From a virus, in the IMG/VR virus record IMGVR_UViG_3300032313_001465, positions 64,001 through 128,000 of that record: DNA of 64,000 nt, one strand, 5' to 3'. Under the pieces are notes generated by a model that did no database searches, was not told the DNA's origin, and saw nothing but the letters and a program-made list of their open reading frames with translations. The first letter of the stretch is position 1; the number at the start of each line of letters is the position of its first letter. Position numbers and translations under genes: made by a program. Of this stretch, positions 28,334 through 38,783 are shown piece after piece.

Positions 28334-28774
28334 ATGTGGTTATATAAAGAAAAAGAGGTTACATCTATATCAGATATGCCGGACAACACTTTTGGATTCA
28401 TATATCAAATAGTTCACTTAGAAACCGGTCAATTTTACATTGGACGTAAAAATCTCCAACTAAAAAAGACTAAAAAGATAGGAAAAAAAGCCCAAGCATT
28501 GCAAGAAGGAAAAGGACGTAAAAAAACTAAAGAAGTAAAATACGAAGAAAGTGACTGGATAACATATTGGTCATCTTCTAAAATAATACATAAAATGGTA
28601 GAGGAACAAGGCCCACAAGTATTTAGAAGAGAAATATTAGAATACGCATATCATCCTAAACAATTAAGTTTCTTAGAAGCTGAATATCAATTTAAAGCAG
28701 ATGTGTTACGCAACCCAAAAGCACTTAATGAAAATATACAAGCTAGATATTTTAGAAAAGATTTGGAGAACTAA
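28334..28774 (+). CDS. GIY-YIG nuclease (T4 endonuclease II/DenA-like)
   Basis: FGFIY..FYIGRK, ESDWITYWSSS, LNENI. Confidence 0.75.
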   Translation: MWLYKEKEVTSISDMPDNTFGFIYQIVHLETGQFYIGRKNLQLKKTKKIGKKAQALQEGKGRKKTKEVKYEESDWITYWSSSKIIHKMVEEQGPQVFRREILEYAYHPKQLSFLEAEYQFKADVLRNPKALNENIQARYFRKDLEN

Positions 28775-28791
28775 AATATTATCATTATATT
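28762..28791 (+). promoter_or_regulatory. Host sigma-A-type promoter
   Basis: TTTGG at 28762, TATATT at +24. Confidence 0.6.
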
Positions 28792-28798
28792 AATAAGC

Positions 28799-29731
28799 AT
28801 GACTAATCAGTTATTAATAAATCTAGTAAACTCAGTTTTGGGTGTTGGTAAAGCTACATCACGTAATAATTATGCTTATCATTGTCCGTTTTGCCATCAT
28901 AGTAAGAAGAAATTAGAAATTAACTTTACTGAAAATCAGGAGGGATTAAACCCATGGAATTGTTGGACTTGTCTTACTAAAGGTAAAAAAATATATAGTT
29001 TATTTAAAAAAATAGGGGTAGCTCCTGAGAAATATGATGAACTAAGAAAATTAGTTACGTCTACTTCTTCATTTAACCCCACCACTCAACCTATCCATAA
29101 ATTAGTATTACCTACTGAATTTAAATCATTGATTAATGTTCCTAAAAGTAATATAATTGCTAAACACGCTCTTTTATACCTTAAAAAACGAGGAGTAAAT
29201 GAACACGATATTATGAAACATAATATAGGATTTTGCGAATCCGGAGAATATAACAATATGATAATTATCCCATCATACGATGCAGATGGTAAAATTAATT
29301 ATTTTACAGCCCGTTCCTTTAATAAAGATTCATTTATAAAATTTAAAAATCCTGAAGTATCAAGAGATATAATAGCTAATGAATTATTTATAAATTGGGA
29401 TTTACCCATAATAATATGTGAGGGGATGTTTGATGCACTAGCAATTAAACGTAATGTTATTCCACTATTAGGAAAAAACATCCAAAATAGTTTAATGAAA
29501 AAATTAATCACTTCTAAAGTAAAAAAAATATATATAGCACTTGACAAAGATGCTATTAAACAATCTGTTAAGTTTTGTGAAAATCTAATTAATGAAGGAA
29601 AGGAAGTATATTTAGTAAAAATAGACGGAAAAGATCCAAGTGAATTAGGCTTCAATAGATTTACAGAATTAATTCAACATACAAACCCGTTAAGTTATTT
29701 TGATTTAATGGAAGCAAAATTATCATTATAA
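28799..29731 (+). CDS. DNA primase (Zn-finger + TOPRIM)
   Basis: CPFCHH..CWTC, CEGMFDAL, ALDKDA, KDPSELG. Confidence 0.9.
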   Translation: MTNQLLINLVNSVLGVGKATSRNNYAYHCPFCHHSKKKLEINFTENQEGLNPWNCWTCLTKGKKIYSLFKKIGVAPEKYDELRKLVTSTSSFNPTTQPIHKLVLPTEFKSLINVPKSNIIAKHALLYLKKRGVNEHDIMKHNIGFCESGEYNNMIIIPSYDADGKINYFTARSFNKDSFIKFKNPEVSRDIIANELFINWDLPIIICEGMFDALAIKRNVIPLLGKNIQNSLMKKLITSKVKKIYIALDKDAIKQSVKFCENLINEGKEVYLVKIDGKDPSELGFNRFTELIQHTNPLSYFDLMEAKLSL

Positions 29732-30522
29732 TGTTAATAGAAAAAGATACACATGTTTATAAAAAAACAATCACAAGAATTCTAGAAATAGATCAAAAGG
29801 CAAAACAAGTTAATTTTTTAGACTCTCGTTTCTACAAAAGAAATAACTCATACTATCCTTCTATCACATCAGTATTACAATATTTTCCAAAAGGTAAATT
29901 TTTTGAAGACTGGATTAAGCAAGTAGGTTCTAATGCTGAACATATAGCATATAAATCAGCCAAAGAGGGTACTCATACACATGATGCTATTGAAAGATAT
30001 CTTAAAGGAGAAGAAATATTGTGGGTAAATGAATATGGTAATGCTAATTATTCCTTAGAAGTATGGAAAATGATATTAAGATTTGCTGATTTTTGGGAAA
30101 CATATAAACCAAAACTAATACATTCAGAAATACATCTCTTTTCAGACGTCCATAAAATAGCAGGTACCTGTGATTTAGTATTAGAAATAAATGGAAAAAT
30201 TTGGTTATTAGATATAAAAACATCAAACAATCTTCATACATCATATGATTTACAAACCGCGGCATATGCCGTATGTTGGAATGAAACATTTGAAGAAAAA
30301 ATAGAAAACACAGGCATAATATGGTTAAAATCAGGTAAAAGAGGACCTGATAAAAATCAGAAAATAATGTGTGGAAAGGGATGGGAAATCTATGAATCTC
30401 CTCGTTCTATTCAAGAAAATTGGAATTTCTTTTCAAGTATATTAGATATATATAGAATGGAAAACAAAAACAATAAACCCGCTTTTGAGTCATTTCCTAC
30501 CAGTGTAAAACTTAAAAATTAG
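29731..30522 (+). CDS. PD-(D/E)xK exonuclease
   Basis: YPSITSVL, GTHTH, AGTCDL..LLDIKTS, QTAAY. Confidence 0.85.
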   Translation: MLIEKDTHVYKKTITRILEIDQKAKQVNFLDSRFYKRNNSYYPSITSVLQYFPKGKFFEDWIKQVGSNAEHIAYKSAKEGTHTHDAIERYLKGEEILWVNEYGNANYSLEVWKMILRFADFWETYKPKLIHSEIHLFSDVHKIAGTCDLVLEINGKIWLLDIKTSNNLHTSYDLQTAAYAVCWNETFEEKIENTGIIWLKSGKRGPDKNQKIMCGKGWEIYESPRSIQENWNFFSSILDIYRMENKNNKPAFESFPTSVKLKN

Positions 30523-30557
30523 ATTTAACTATTATATTATCTGTCATATTTATGGGT

Positions 30558-31316
30558 ATGATTAAATTACTAAGTCTTTTAAAAGAAATAAAAGGTAAAC
30601 CTAAAGCTATCTTTTTATCGGGTCCTGCAGGATCTGGGAAAACATTTATTTCTAAAAAATTAATCTCTTTAGACAAATTTCAAGTAATTAATATAGATGA
30701 TACTTATGAGGAACTATTAAAATCTTCGGGTATGGGGATGAATCAAAAGAATTTTAGTCCTGAAGAGTTATCTCAAGCTACTAAATTAATGGGTCGTGCT
30801 CAAGCAGTAACTAAAGAAAAATATGCTAAAGCACTTGAAGGATTAAACAATGTTATTATAGATGGTACAGGTGCTGCTTCAAAACCACTAATAAAGAAAA
30901 AATCAGAATTAGAAGCACTAGGATATGATACATTCATGTTAATAATTTGGACATCCCCTATAACTTCTTTATCTAGAAATGCAGAACGTGAACGTTCATT
31001 AATGCCAAGTATTGTGTTACGTACTTGGAGAGACATTAATAAAAATATAGATTTATATAAACAAGCATTTGGAGATAATATAGCTATAATCAATAATGAT
31101 CCTGAAGGTTTAGAAACCAAATTTGATGTTGAAGATATTAAGAAAAAATATTTTACAAAACAAATGGGAAAACCAAAAACACCTGCAGAGCAAGAAAAAT
31201 CTAAAAAAGAAACAGAACAGTTGAATAAAGATATAGAACAATTTATTAAAGAAAAACCACAATTCAACACCTTATCAGACGCTCAATCCAAAATAAATAA
31301 ATTCATAAACAGCTAA
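30558..31316 (+). CDS. P-loop kinase (zeta-toxin/AAA_33-like) with MIKL..LKE leader
   Basis: GPAGSGKT, INIDD, IIDGTG, RNAERER. Confidence 0.8.
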   Translation: MIKLLSLLKEIKGKPKAIFLSGPAGSGKTFISKKLISLDKFQVINIDDTYEELLKSSGMGMNQKNFSPEELSQATKLMGRAQAVTKEKYAKALEGLNNVIIDGTGAASKPLIKKKSELEALGYDTFMLIIWTSPITSLSRNAERERSLMPSIVLRTWRDINKNIDLYKQAFGDNIAIINNDPEGLETKFDVEDIKKKYFTKQMGKPKTPAEQEKSKKETEQLNKDIEQFIKEKPQFNTLSDAQSKINKFINS

Positions 31317-31852
31317 TGATAAAACTTTTAGACCTCTTACGCGAAGAAAAACTAAATATTCTTAAACCTAGACGTTCCCCGGAAGAACGCCAATCTAACT
31401 TTCTTATTATAACCAATAAGAAAATTGAACAGTACATGAAGGATGGAGGCAAAGGTGATCTTGATTTAGCTAATACTAAAATTACCTCACTACCAAATGG
31501 TCTAAAGGTTGGCGGTTTTCTGGATTTAAGAAATTCTTCCATCACTACATTACCAAATGGTTTAACGGTTGGAGATTATCTTTATTTAAGAGATACTAAA
31601 ATTACATCATTACCCAATGATTTAACGGTTGGGGGTGAACTTGATTTAGCTAATATTAAAATTACTTCATTACCAAATGATCTAACGGTTAGGGGTGATC
31701 TTAATTTAAGAGATACTAAAATTACATCATTACCAAATGGTCTAACAGTTGGAGGTAATCTTGATTTAGAAAATACTCCAATAAGTAAAAAACATTCCGA
31801 AGAAGAAATTAAAAAAATGGTTCCGGGAGTAAAAGGCAATATTTATATATAA
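31316..31852 (+). CDS. Leucine-rich repeat protein A (20-aa units)
   Basis: 5 full and 1 partial xLxLxxTKITSLPNxLxVGG units; leader MIKLLDLLREE. Confidence 0.85.
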   Translation: MIKLLDLLREEKLNILKPRRSPEERQSNFLIITNKKIEQYMKDGGKGDLDLANTKITSLPNGLKVGGFLDLRNSSITTLPNGLTVGDYLYLRDTKITSLPNDLTVGGELDLANIKITSLPNDLTVRGDLNLRDTKITSLPNGLTVGGNLDLENTPISKKHSEEEIKKMVPGVKGNIYI

Positions 31853-31863
31853 ACATAAAACAA

Positions 31864-32187
31864 ATGAAAAAATCAGAATTAAGACAAATTATTAAAGAGG
31901 AAATTAGTAAGGTGTTGAGTGAGATACAAACACCAATAGCTAATAAAACAGACAAATTTTTATTATATAGAAAGCCATCATCTTCCCCTAGTCCGGGTCA
32001 TGGTGCATATCTATTTTCATCTGGAAATACCCTAGATGAGTTATTTGATAATTGGATATTAACTATGCAATCCGGAGGATATGGGTATAAAGGTCAATAT
32101 TTAGATAATGAGCGCAAACGATTTGATATTGAACAAGAAAAATATTGGTCATCTCCTAGTTCATTTTACACACTCAAAATAAAATAA
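31864..32187 (+). CDS. Hypothetical protein with MKKSELRQIIKEEI leader
   Basis: Leader nearly identical to the next gene's; remainder unrelated. Confidence 0.7.
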   Translation: MKKSELRQIIKEEISKVLSEIQTPIANKTDKFLLYRKPSSSPSPGHGAYLFSSGNTLDELFDNWILTMQSGGYGYKGQYLDNERKRFDIEQEKYWSSPSSFYTLKIK

Positions 32188-32192
32188 ATATA

Positions 32193-32585
32193 ATGAAAAA
32201 ATCAGAATTAAGACAACTTATTAAAGAAGAAGTTGAATCTATAGTAAATGAGACACGTACTAAAGATTTTGAAGTAAAAGATGAAATTGGTAAATTTTTT
32301 GTAGTTACATCCCCATATAAAGATAGTACTAAAGAAGATATATTATTTGATTCTGATGTTTTTCATTTTGCAAATCAAGTTAAAGAAGGACTATCATTAC
32401 ATGATGTTATAGGATTATACAAAAACAAATCAGATGCCAATAGAATAGCAACTGAAGCCTTAAAAGAACGTGATACCCATTTAGATGAATTAAAATCATC
32501 AATGGAAGAATTCAGAAACCATAAAAAAGAAACAGAAGATAAAAAATCAAAAGCTAAGGAATTAATTCAAAAATTAAAAAAATAA
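32193..32585 (+). CDS. Hypothetical protein with MKKSELRQLIKEEV leader
   Basis: Shared leader. Confidence 0.7.
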   Translation: MKKSELRQLIKEEVESIVNETRTKDFEVKDEIGKFFVVTSPYKDSTKEDILFDSDVFHFANQVKEGLSLHDVIGLYKNKSDANRIATEALKERDTHLDELKSSMEEFRNHKKETEDKKSKAKELIQKLKK

Positions 32586-33637
32586 TGAATTCTTTAGTAG
32601 AATATTTAATTATGCCTATTATAGGAGAATCTACCTATAAACCGGGAGTAGTATTACTTCCAGGAGCATTCAAACCCCCAACCGAAGGACATTTTAATTT
32701 AGTTAAGGAATTGGCTATGGATCCTAGAACAAAAGAACTAATAATTATTATATCCTCAGGTCAGAGAGAAAATATAGGTTCTGAAGAATCTGAAAAAATA
32801 TGGAAAATATATCTTAAACATCTTCCAAGTAATGTTAAAGTAATGATATCTCCTGAAAGTTCTCCAGTTAAAGCAGCATATAGTATTATAAAAGATAATC
32901 CCGATACTCATTATTTAGTAGCAGTAGGATATAGAAATGAAAAAGATAAAAAGGATATCGATAGAATCAAATCCTCAGAAAAATATCCAAATGCTGAAGG
33001 ATTAGTATATAAAACAGATTCATCCACAAGAGCTATAGACGCCCGAAAAGAACTAGAGTCAAATAATCAAGAAGGATTTAATGAATATTTACCATCTCAA
33101 CTTACCCCATCTGAAAAAAATAAAGTGTGGAATATATTAACTAAACCCCCAATCCAAGAGTCGGATCGAAAAGGAATTAAAGCATTTTCCCGTGAAATTA
33201 TAACAACCAATGAATCACAATCTAAAGATTTTTCATTTTCATTAGAGGGGGGTTGGCTTCTTAAAGATGGGTTATTATCTTTATCAAATTCCATGATTGA
33301 AAGTGGAATAAATATTAAGCCGCTTCCTAAAGTTATATTAATAGAAGATGATAAAAGCAATGCATCTAATATTTTAGGTAAAACCGCTTATTATGATCCA
33401 CAGAATAAAACAATAGTGCTTTATACTTTAAATCGTCATCCTATTGATGTGATGAAGAGCTTTTGTCATGAAATGTGGCATCATCATCAAAACCTAGAAG
33501 GTAGATTAAACAATATAAATACTACTAATACTAATGAAGATGATTATTTAAATGAAATAGAAAAAGAAACATACTTAAATAGTCAGATTATATATAGGAA
33601 TTGGGCTGATAAAATGAGAAAATTAAATAATGATTAA
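32585..33637 (+). CDS. (H/T)xGH nucleotidyltransferase fused to an HExxH zincin-like domain
   Basis: PGAFKPPTEGH; C-terminal CHEMWHHHQ..EKE. Confidence 0.75.
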   Translation: MNSLVEYLIMPIIGESTYKPGVVLLPGAFKPPTEGHFNLVKELAMDPRTKELIIIISSGQRENIGSEESEKIWKIYLKHLPSNVKVMISPESSPVKAAYSIIKDNPDTHYLVAVGYRNEKDKKDIDRIKSSEKYPNAEGLVYKTDSSTRAIDARKELESNNQEGFNEYLPSQLTPSEKNKVWNILTKPPIQESDRKGIKAFSREIITTNESQSKDFSFSLEGGWLLKDGLLSLSNSMIESGINIKPLPKVILIEDDKSNASNILGKTAYYDPQNKTIVLYTLNRHPIDVMKSFCHEMWHHHQNLEGRLNNINTTNTNEDDYLNEIEKETYLNSQIIYRNWADKMRKLNND

Positions 33638-34148
33638 ATTGAAAGACATATTCGAAAACGAAGTAATAGATCAGGTATTTCAAATATATTGTGATCTTGA
33701 TGGGGTGTTAGCAGATTTTGATAAACGATTCGAATATTTTGCAGGGATGTCTCCTTCTGAATATGAAAAAGCATTCGGAACTAAAAAGTTTTGGGAACTG
33801 ATAGACGAAAAAGTAGGTGTAAAATTTTGGACAGGAATACCGTGGATGTCGGATGGTAAAACACTTTGGGAATTTCTTCAACCACACAATCCTATACTTT
33901 TATCCGCTCCCTCTAGAAATGAATCAAGTAAAATGGGTAAAAGAATTTGGGTTAAACGAAACATGCCTGGAACTAAACTTATTTTAGCAAGTAGAAGTAA
34001 TAAACAAAACTATTCTGATAAGTCTAACATACTTATCGACGATAGATTAGACACAATTGAAGAATGGAGAGCAAGAGGAGGAATAGGGATCCATCATACT
34101 TCAGCCGCATCAACAATAGCACAATTAAAAAAATTAGGATTTAAATAA
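33630..34148 (+). CDS. HAD 5'(3')-deoxyribonucleotidase-like phosphatase
   Basis: CDLDGVLADF, LSAP, LIDDR; leader MIKLKDIFENE. Confidence 0.85.
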   Translation: MIKLKDIFENEVIDQVFQIYCDLDGVLADFDKRFEYFAGMSPSEYEKAFGTKKFWELIDEKVGVKFWTGIPWMSDGKTLWEFLQPHNPILLSAPSRNESSKMGKRIWVKRNMPGTKLILASRSNKQNYSDKSNILIDDRLDTIEEWRARGGIGIHHTSAASTIAQLKKLGFK

Positions 34149-34154
34149 ATAAAT

Positions 34155-34550
34155 ATGAATATAAGATTAGTAGGTGATACCAAAGAAGATTTACAAGCCA
34201 TTGTTAAAGACATTAAAGATTACTTTAAAAATGTTAACAAAGATTTTACAAGTAAATTTACAACCGAAAAACGTAAATTTGCAGAAGATGGAAAAATTGT
34301 TGAAAAATCAATAGATTTTATTACCGCTAAAGATAATGTTAATGGTAAAGAAACAACCATAAAACTTATTCCTATGTTAAACCCAACTGAAATGAAAATT
34401 GAATTGGGAAATGAAGGAGAATCTGTTATTAAAGGTAAAATCAAAAATCAACTTAAGGGTCGTGGTAAGATTAAATCGTATACTAAGGATGCTAAAAAAC
34501 CAATGAATGAAACACATTTATTGACTATAATCAAATCTATAATGAAATAA
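34155..34550 (+). CDS. Hypothetical protein
   Basis: ORF track. Confidence 0.65.
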   Translation: MNIRLVGDTKEDLQAIVKDIKDYFKNVNKDFTSKFTTEKRKFAEDGKIVEKSIDFITAKDNVNGKETTIKLIPMLNPTEMKIELGNEGESVIKGKIKNQLKGRGKIKSYTKDAKKPMNETHLLTIIKSIMK

Positions 34551-35122
34551 TGAGTGAAAATGTTTTAAAAAAGGAATTTAATCCTAAAGATGTAAGTAGA
34601 TTACGAAACCTTATCCAAGGTAAATATGGAGATAACACAATCACAGGAGTAGGTTATGCTAAGCCATTTATTTATAGAGAAGAAAATGATGTGTGGGAAG
34701 AAGATGGTAGAAGATGGACTATAAAAAACGGAATTAAACAAAATGTTACTAAATTAGACGAGGCTAAAAAAACACATCTTTTACCTTTATTATGTCCTTC
34801 TTGTAAATCACCAATGTCACCTCATAGAGATAGATCATTTTATAATATTCATAAGATGTGTTTAAATTGTGTTTCTGTAATGGAAACTAAAATACGTCGT
34901 GAAGGAAAGTGGGAAGAATACGAAAGAAATATCCACAACAATGAAATAGATAATCTTATAAGAGAATTTAAGTTATGGGTAGAAGATGATTCAAAAGATA
35001 AAAACCAATCATATATCACGGAAGCTGGTGATCTTGAGAAATGGGTTGGGGGTTCTAGTACTGAACAAAAAGAACAACAAATTCAAGAAACCCTCAAATA
35101 TTTAGAAAATTTAAAGAAATGA
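34550..35122 (+). CDS. Zinc-ribbon protein
   Basis: CPSC..CLNC. Confidence 0.65.
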   Translation: MSENVLKKEFNPKDVSRLRNLIQGKYGDNTITGVGYAKPFIYREENDVWEEDGRRWTIKNGIKQNVTKLDEAKKTHLLPLLCPSCKSPMSPHRDRSFYNIHKMCLNCVSVMETKIRREGKWEEYERNIHNNEIDNLIREFKLWVEDDSKDKNQSYITEAGDLEKWVGGSSTEQKEQQIQETLKYLENLKK

Positions 35123-35742
35123 ACATAACTTCTATTACATTATTATCTTCAATTTTAGTAGCACTAATTACTTCAGTATTAGGTCCCGTATTATTAGTAT
35201 GGGTTCGAAGTAAATTTGATAATACTAAGAAAATCGATACATTAGGTGAAGCGTTTAAAGTCAATGAAGAAGTAGACCATCAATTAGATATTATGATGGA
35301 CAAACTAAAATGTGATAGAATATGGATAGCTCAATTTCATAATGGAGGGCATTTTTACCCTACAGGAAAATCTATTCAAAAATTCTCTATTTTCTACGAA
35401 AAAATATCACCACTAATAGTTCCAGTTAGAAACATATTCCAAAATATCCCGACCTCATTATTTCCTAAAACATTAGTTAAACTACACAATGATGGGGAAC
35501 TCATAATTCATGATAATGAAATAAGTAATTATCAAGATATATCCTATTTATTTGATAATTGTAAAGCTAAATCATTATATATGATAGCCATAGAAGACTT
35601 AGAAGGACATTTTATAGGAATGATTTCAGTATCATATGAAAATAGTAAACATGTTCTGAATCAAGAAGAATGGATATTCTTACGTCAAAAAATAGGAGCA
35701 ATTGGAAGTATATTAACTAATTATTTAAACCCACAAAAATAA
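35119..35742 (+). CDS. TM + GAF-like domain protein (T4 holin T-like architecture?)
   Basis: N-terminal TM; CDRIWIAQFHNG..KSLYMIAIEDLEGHFIGMISV. Confidence 0.6.
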   Translation: MNITSITLLSSILVALITSVLGPVLLVWVRSKFDNTKKIDTLGEAFKVNEEVDHQLDIMMDKLKCDRIWIAQFHNGGHFYPTGKSIQKFSIFYEKISPLIVPVRNIFQNIPTSLFPKTLVKLHNDGELIIHDNEISNYQDISYLFDNCKAKSLYMIAIEDLEGHFIGMISVSYENSKHVLNQEEWIFLRQKIGAIGSILTNYLNPQK

Positions 35743-35749
35743 AACAAAA

Positions 35750-35947
35750 ATGGATAATTTTAGCGTAACTAAATGGAATAGAGAAAGATATATTGATGAA
35801 AACAAAGATGTTAAATCAACTAAAAAAATACAAGAAGCATATAATTCATTAATTTCTATGATTGAGAAAAAATCAAAACAATTAAATGATGATGAATTAT
35901 ATGAATTACATGAAAAAATGAAATCGTTTTTTACAAAATCAATTTAA
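35750..35947 (+). CDS. Hypothetical protein
   Basis: ORF track. Confidence 0.6.
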   Translation: MDNFSVTKWNRERYIDENKDVKSTKKIQEAYNSLISMIEKKSKQLNDDELYELHEKMKSFFTKSI

Positions 35948-35989
35948 CTTTTATACTATTTTACATATTTATTAATAAACAATAACATA

Positions 35990-36517
35990 ATGAACAACGA
36001 ATTTGATTTCAAAGGGTATTTAAAAAATAACCCACTATTAAAAGAAACTAATATTAATATCAATATTAACGAATCTAAACTTAGAGAAAGAGTAAAAGCC
36101 GAAATTTTATCTGCATTAAAAGAAAATGATGCATATGAAGGAATTGGGGAATTTGATAGTAATAAATCCGCTCGTATTAAAGAATTTATTATAGCACTTA
36201 ATAGGCTTGTAGATGAATATCACGCAGAATTATACTTAAATGATAGTGTATTTGATGCTATTTCAATGGTGATAAAATATGCTCAAGAAGAAGCAATGAA
36301 TATGAATGAAGCTGAAGAAAAAGACCAACCAGAAGAAGAAGAAACTCCAGAAGTAGCAGACGTAGAACCTGAAATTACGGGTGATGAAAAAATAGTACAA
36401 GACGCTTTAACAAAGGCATATGAAACTGCTAGTAAAATGGGTGATAAAAAATTATTAGACCAAATAGGAAACACTATTACATTTTTTACCCGTACTCACA
36501 TTGTAAGTAACAAATAA
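35990..36517 (+). CDS. Acidic hypothetical protein with multiple (L/I/M)xE sites
   Basis: LKE, INE, LKE, MNE; late-promoter motif upstream. Confidence 0.65.
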   Translation: MNNEFDFKGYLKNNPLLKETNINININESKLRERVKAEILSALKENDAYEGIGEFDSNKSARIKEFIIALNRLVDEYHAELYLNDSVFDAISMVIKYAQEEAMNMNEAEEKDQPEEEETPEVADVEPEITGDEKIVQDALTKAYETASKMGDKKLLDQIGNTITFFTRTHIVSNK

Positions 36518-36545
36518 AATTTTTATAAACCAAAACCAATCATTT

Positions 36546-36722
36546 ATGAACACACAGGACTTAATTACCAGAATGCAAGAAGTATTTGAAACTCTAATTC
36601 ATGAGGGCTCAAGTAAATTCAAATCAGGAAAAGCTAAAGCTAGAAAAGCAGCAAGTGAATTAAAAAAATTAGCAGGTGAATACAAAAGAGCATCTTTAGA
36701 AGAAAGCAAAACCACAATCTAA
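36546..36722 (+). CDS. Histone H1-like (Hc1-type) small protein (not in ORF track)
   Basis: Hand-translated 58 aa, ..[30 protein letters not shown]..; TAATG-coupled to the next gene. Confidence 0.7.
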   Translation: MNTQDLITRMQEVFETLIHEGSSKFKSGKAKARKAASELKKLAGEYKRASLEESKTTI

Positions 36723-38350
36723 TGACCCAAACATCAGGCCTCATCGTAAAAGGTGTAAATCCTATAGATAATCATGAAATAAGTAATGTTGTCCAAAGTG
36801 GTACATTTTACGGTGAGTGGTTTCCTGATAAAAATTATTGGTTTTTTCCTTTTGATGAGCAAAATTATGCATCATTAAGAGATGATTTAGAACAAAAATT
36901 TATTGATACTGGAATTCATGCAGTATATACTGAAGTTAATGTTGATGTAGAATTAAACGAGTCTCTATCTAAAAAAGTAATGGATGCTAGAGAGAAAATT
37001 CTTAAAAACATGAAATCAAATAAAAGAGAATTAGTAAAGCGATATGGTGCTGATGCTGAAAAAGTTATGTATGGTAGAGCAACAAATTTAGCAAAAAAAC
37101 AAATAAATAAAATGAATACAGAAAAATTAAGAGAACTTATAAAAAGTAAACTTCTAGAAGCTCCTAAAAAAGATCTAAATAACGACGGAGAAATAAACTC
37201 AAAAGACTATTTAATGGCTCGTGATAAAGCTATTAAGGCAAATATGGGTACAAACGAAGCTGAAGAAGGTGATTATGTTTCTGATTTTATTAAAGCATTA
37301 GAAGATGTTAAAAGTGTTTTTTTATCTAAAGCCAAAAATAACAAAATAAAAGGCCCAATTTTAAAAGCATTTAATGAATTTATTGACGAAATTGATAGAC
37401 TTGCCCCTCAAAAATTAAAAGAAGACGAAAATGAATATCCAGAATTAACTGAAGCATATGTTCCAGATAATATTAAAGAATTTTCCAAGAGAAAGGGTAT
37501 TACTTCTTTAGTTAATAAAGCAGCAGGATGGGCTGAAAAAATAGGCAAAAGAATTACTGGAGGTACTGCTATTGGTAAAAACTATGGTACATTAGTATTA
37601 GATATGGGTTATCAAAAGGGAGAAATTAGAATTAATATTGAAGATGAAATAATTGAATTATATGGTGAAGAAGTTAATAGCTTTCCTGAATTCAAACAAG
37701 TATATATGGATGAAAACGATAGTAAAGAATCGGAATCATTAAATGAAGATGATTATTTACAATCAGATGACGAATCAGATATGGCTAAGTCGCAATTAAT
37801 ATCAATTCAATCTAGCGTTTCTAAATTAATGAATATGATTAAAGATAATGATCAACTAGACGCTTGGGTACAAGCTAAATTAACTAAAGCAGAAGATTAT
37901 CTTGATTCAGTATCAGGATATTTAGAGGGTGAAAGTAGTTTAACTGAAAATGAAAAAGGATGGGATGTTAAAAAAGATACTCCAGAAATTAAAGCGTTAA
38001 TGGTTACTGCAGATGATACATCAAAAACCCCATCAGAAAGAGATAAAGCAAGACAAAAAGCATACGATTTACGTAATAAAATGTCTAAAGGTAAAATGGA
38101 AGAGAATGTAAGCTTAAGAAAAAATGATATTGTTATTTATAAAGGTAAAAAATTTAAAATAGGCATGATTGAAAATACTGGTGATTTTGATTTAGTTTAT
38201 CTAAATACTATGGATGGTCAACCTGCCGAAGGTCCTAATGGAGGTTATTTAAGAGTACACGCTGATGGGTTACAAAAACAATTGAAAGAGAATGATTTTG
38301 CTAAAACATTAGCTGAAAAATTAGCTAAACAAATTAAAGGAAATGACTAA
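36722..38350 (+). CDS. Multi-module putative internal head protein
   Basis: Segments separated by LNE/LLE/LKE/LTE; [13 protein letters not shown] loop; [22 protein letters not shown] module. Confidence 0.65.
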   Translation: MTQTSGLIVKGVNPIDNHEISNVVQSGTFYGEWFPDKNYWFFPFDEQNYASLRDDLEQKFIDTGIHAVYTEVNVDVELNESLSKKVMDAREKILKNMKSNKRELVKRYGADAEKVMYGRATNLAKKQINKMNTEKLRELIKSKLLEAPKKDLNNDGEINSKDYLMARDKAIKANMGTNEAEEGDYVSDFIKALEDVKSVFLSKAKNNKIKGPILKAFNEFIDEIDRLAPQKLKEDENEYPELTEAYVPDNIKEFSKRKGITSLVNKAAGWAEKIGKRITGGTAIGKNYGTLVLDMGYQKGEIRINIEDEIIELYGEEVNSFPEFKQVYMDENDSKESESLNEDDYLQSDDESDMAKSQLISIQSSVSKLMNMIKDNDQLDAWVQAKLTKAEDYLDSVSGYLEGESSLTENEKGWDVKKDTPEIKALMVTADDTSKTPSERDKARQKAYDLRNKMSKGKMEENVSLRKNDIVIYKGKKFKIGMIENTGDFDLVYLNTMDGQPAEGPNGGYLRVHADGLQKQLKENDFAKTLAEKLAKQIKGND

Positions 38351-38780
38351 AACTGATCTTCGAAATTTAATTAGAAGTATAGCTCAACCTATTCTAAAGA
38401 CTCCACCATCTACAGAAATACCAAATGTAGAATATGAGGAATTAGAAAAATTTCCTGAATTAAAAAAAACAATCGTCGATTTACTTACTCAAGACTATGC
38501 TCGTTTTTTAGATGGAATTGATTGGGTTGCTCCTCGCCCTACTACATTTAGAGTAAATTTATTAAATGGTCAAAATTTTTATTTAATTTATGGAAAACGT
38601 AGCTGGATAGCTCAAGTTGAAGGTAAAAAATATTATCTTCTAAATTTAAACGAAGAAGAATCAGCATGCCAAGCAATTGCAAGGATATTAAGGTTTGGTG
38701 CTAAAAATGAACCAGTAGCAGAAGGAGAAGAAGAACCACCAAAAGAAGAAAAACCACCAAAAGAAGAAACCCCCGAATAA
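38343..38780 (+). CDS. Hypothetical protein
   Basis: ORF; leader [11 protein letters not shown]. Confidence 0.7.
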   Translation: MTKTDLRNLIRSIAQPILKTPPSTEIPNVEYEELEKFPELKKTIVDLLTQDYARFLDGIDWVAPRPTTFRVNLLNGQNFYLIYGKRSWIAQVEGKKYYLLNLNEEESACQAIARILRFGAKNEPVAEGEEEPPKEEKPPKEETPE

Positions 38781-38783
38781 AAT

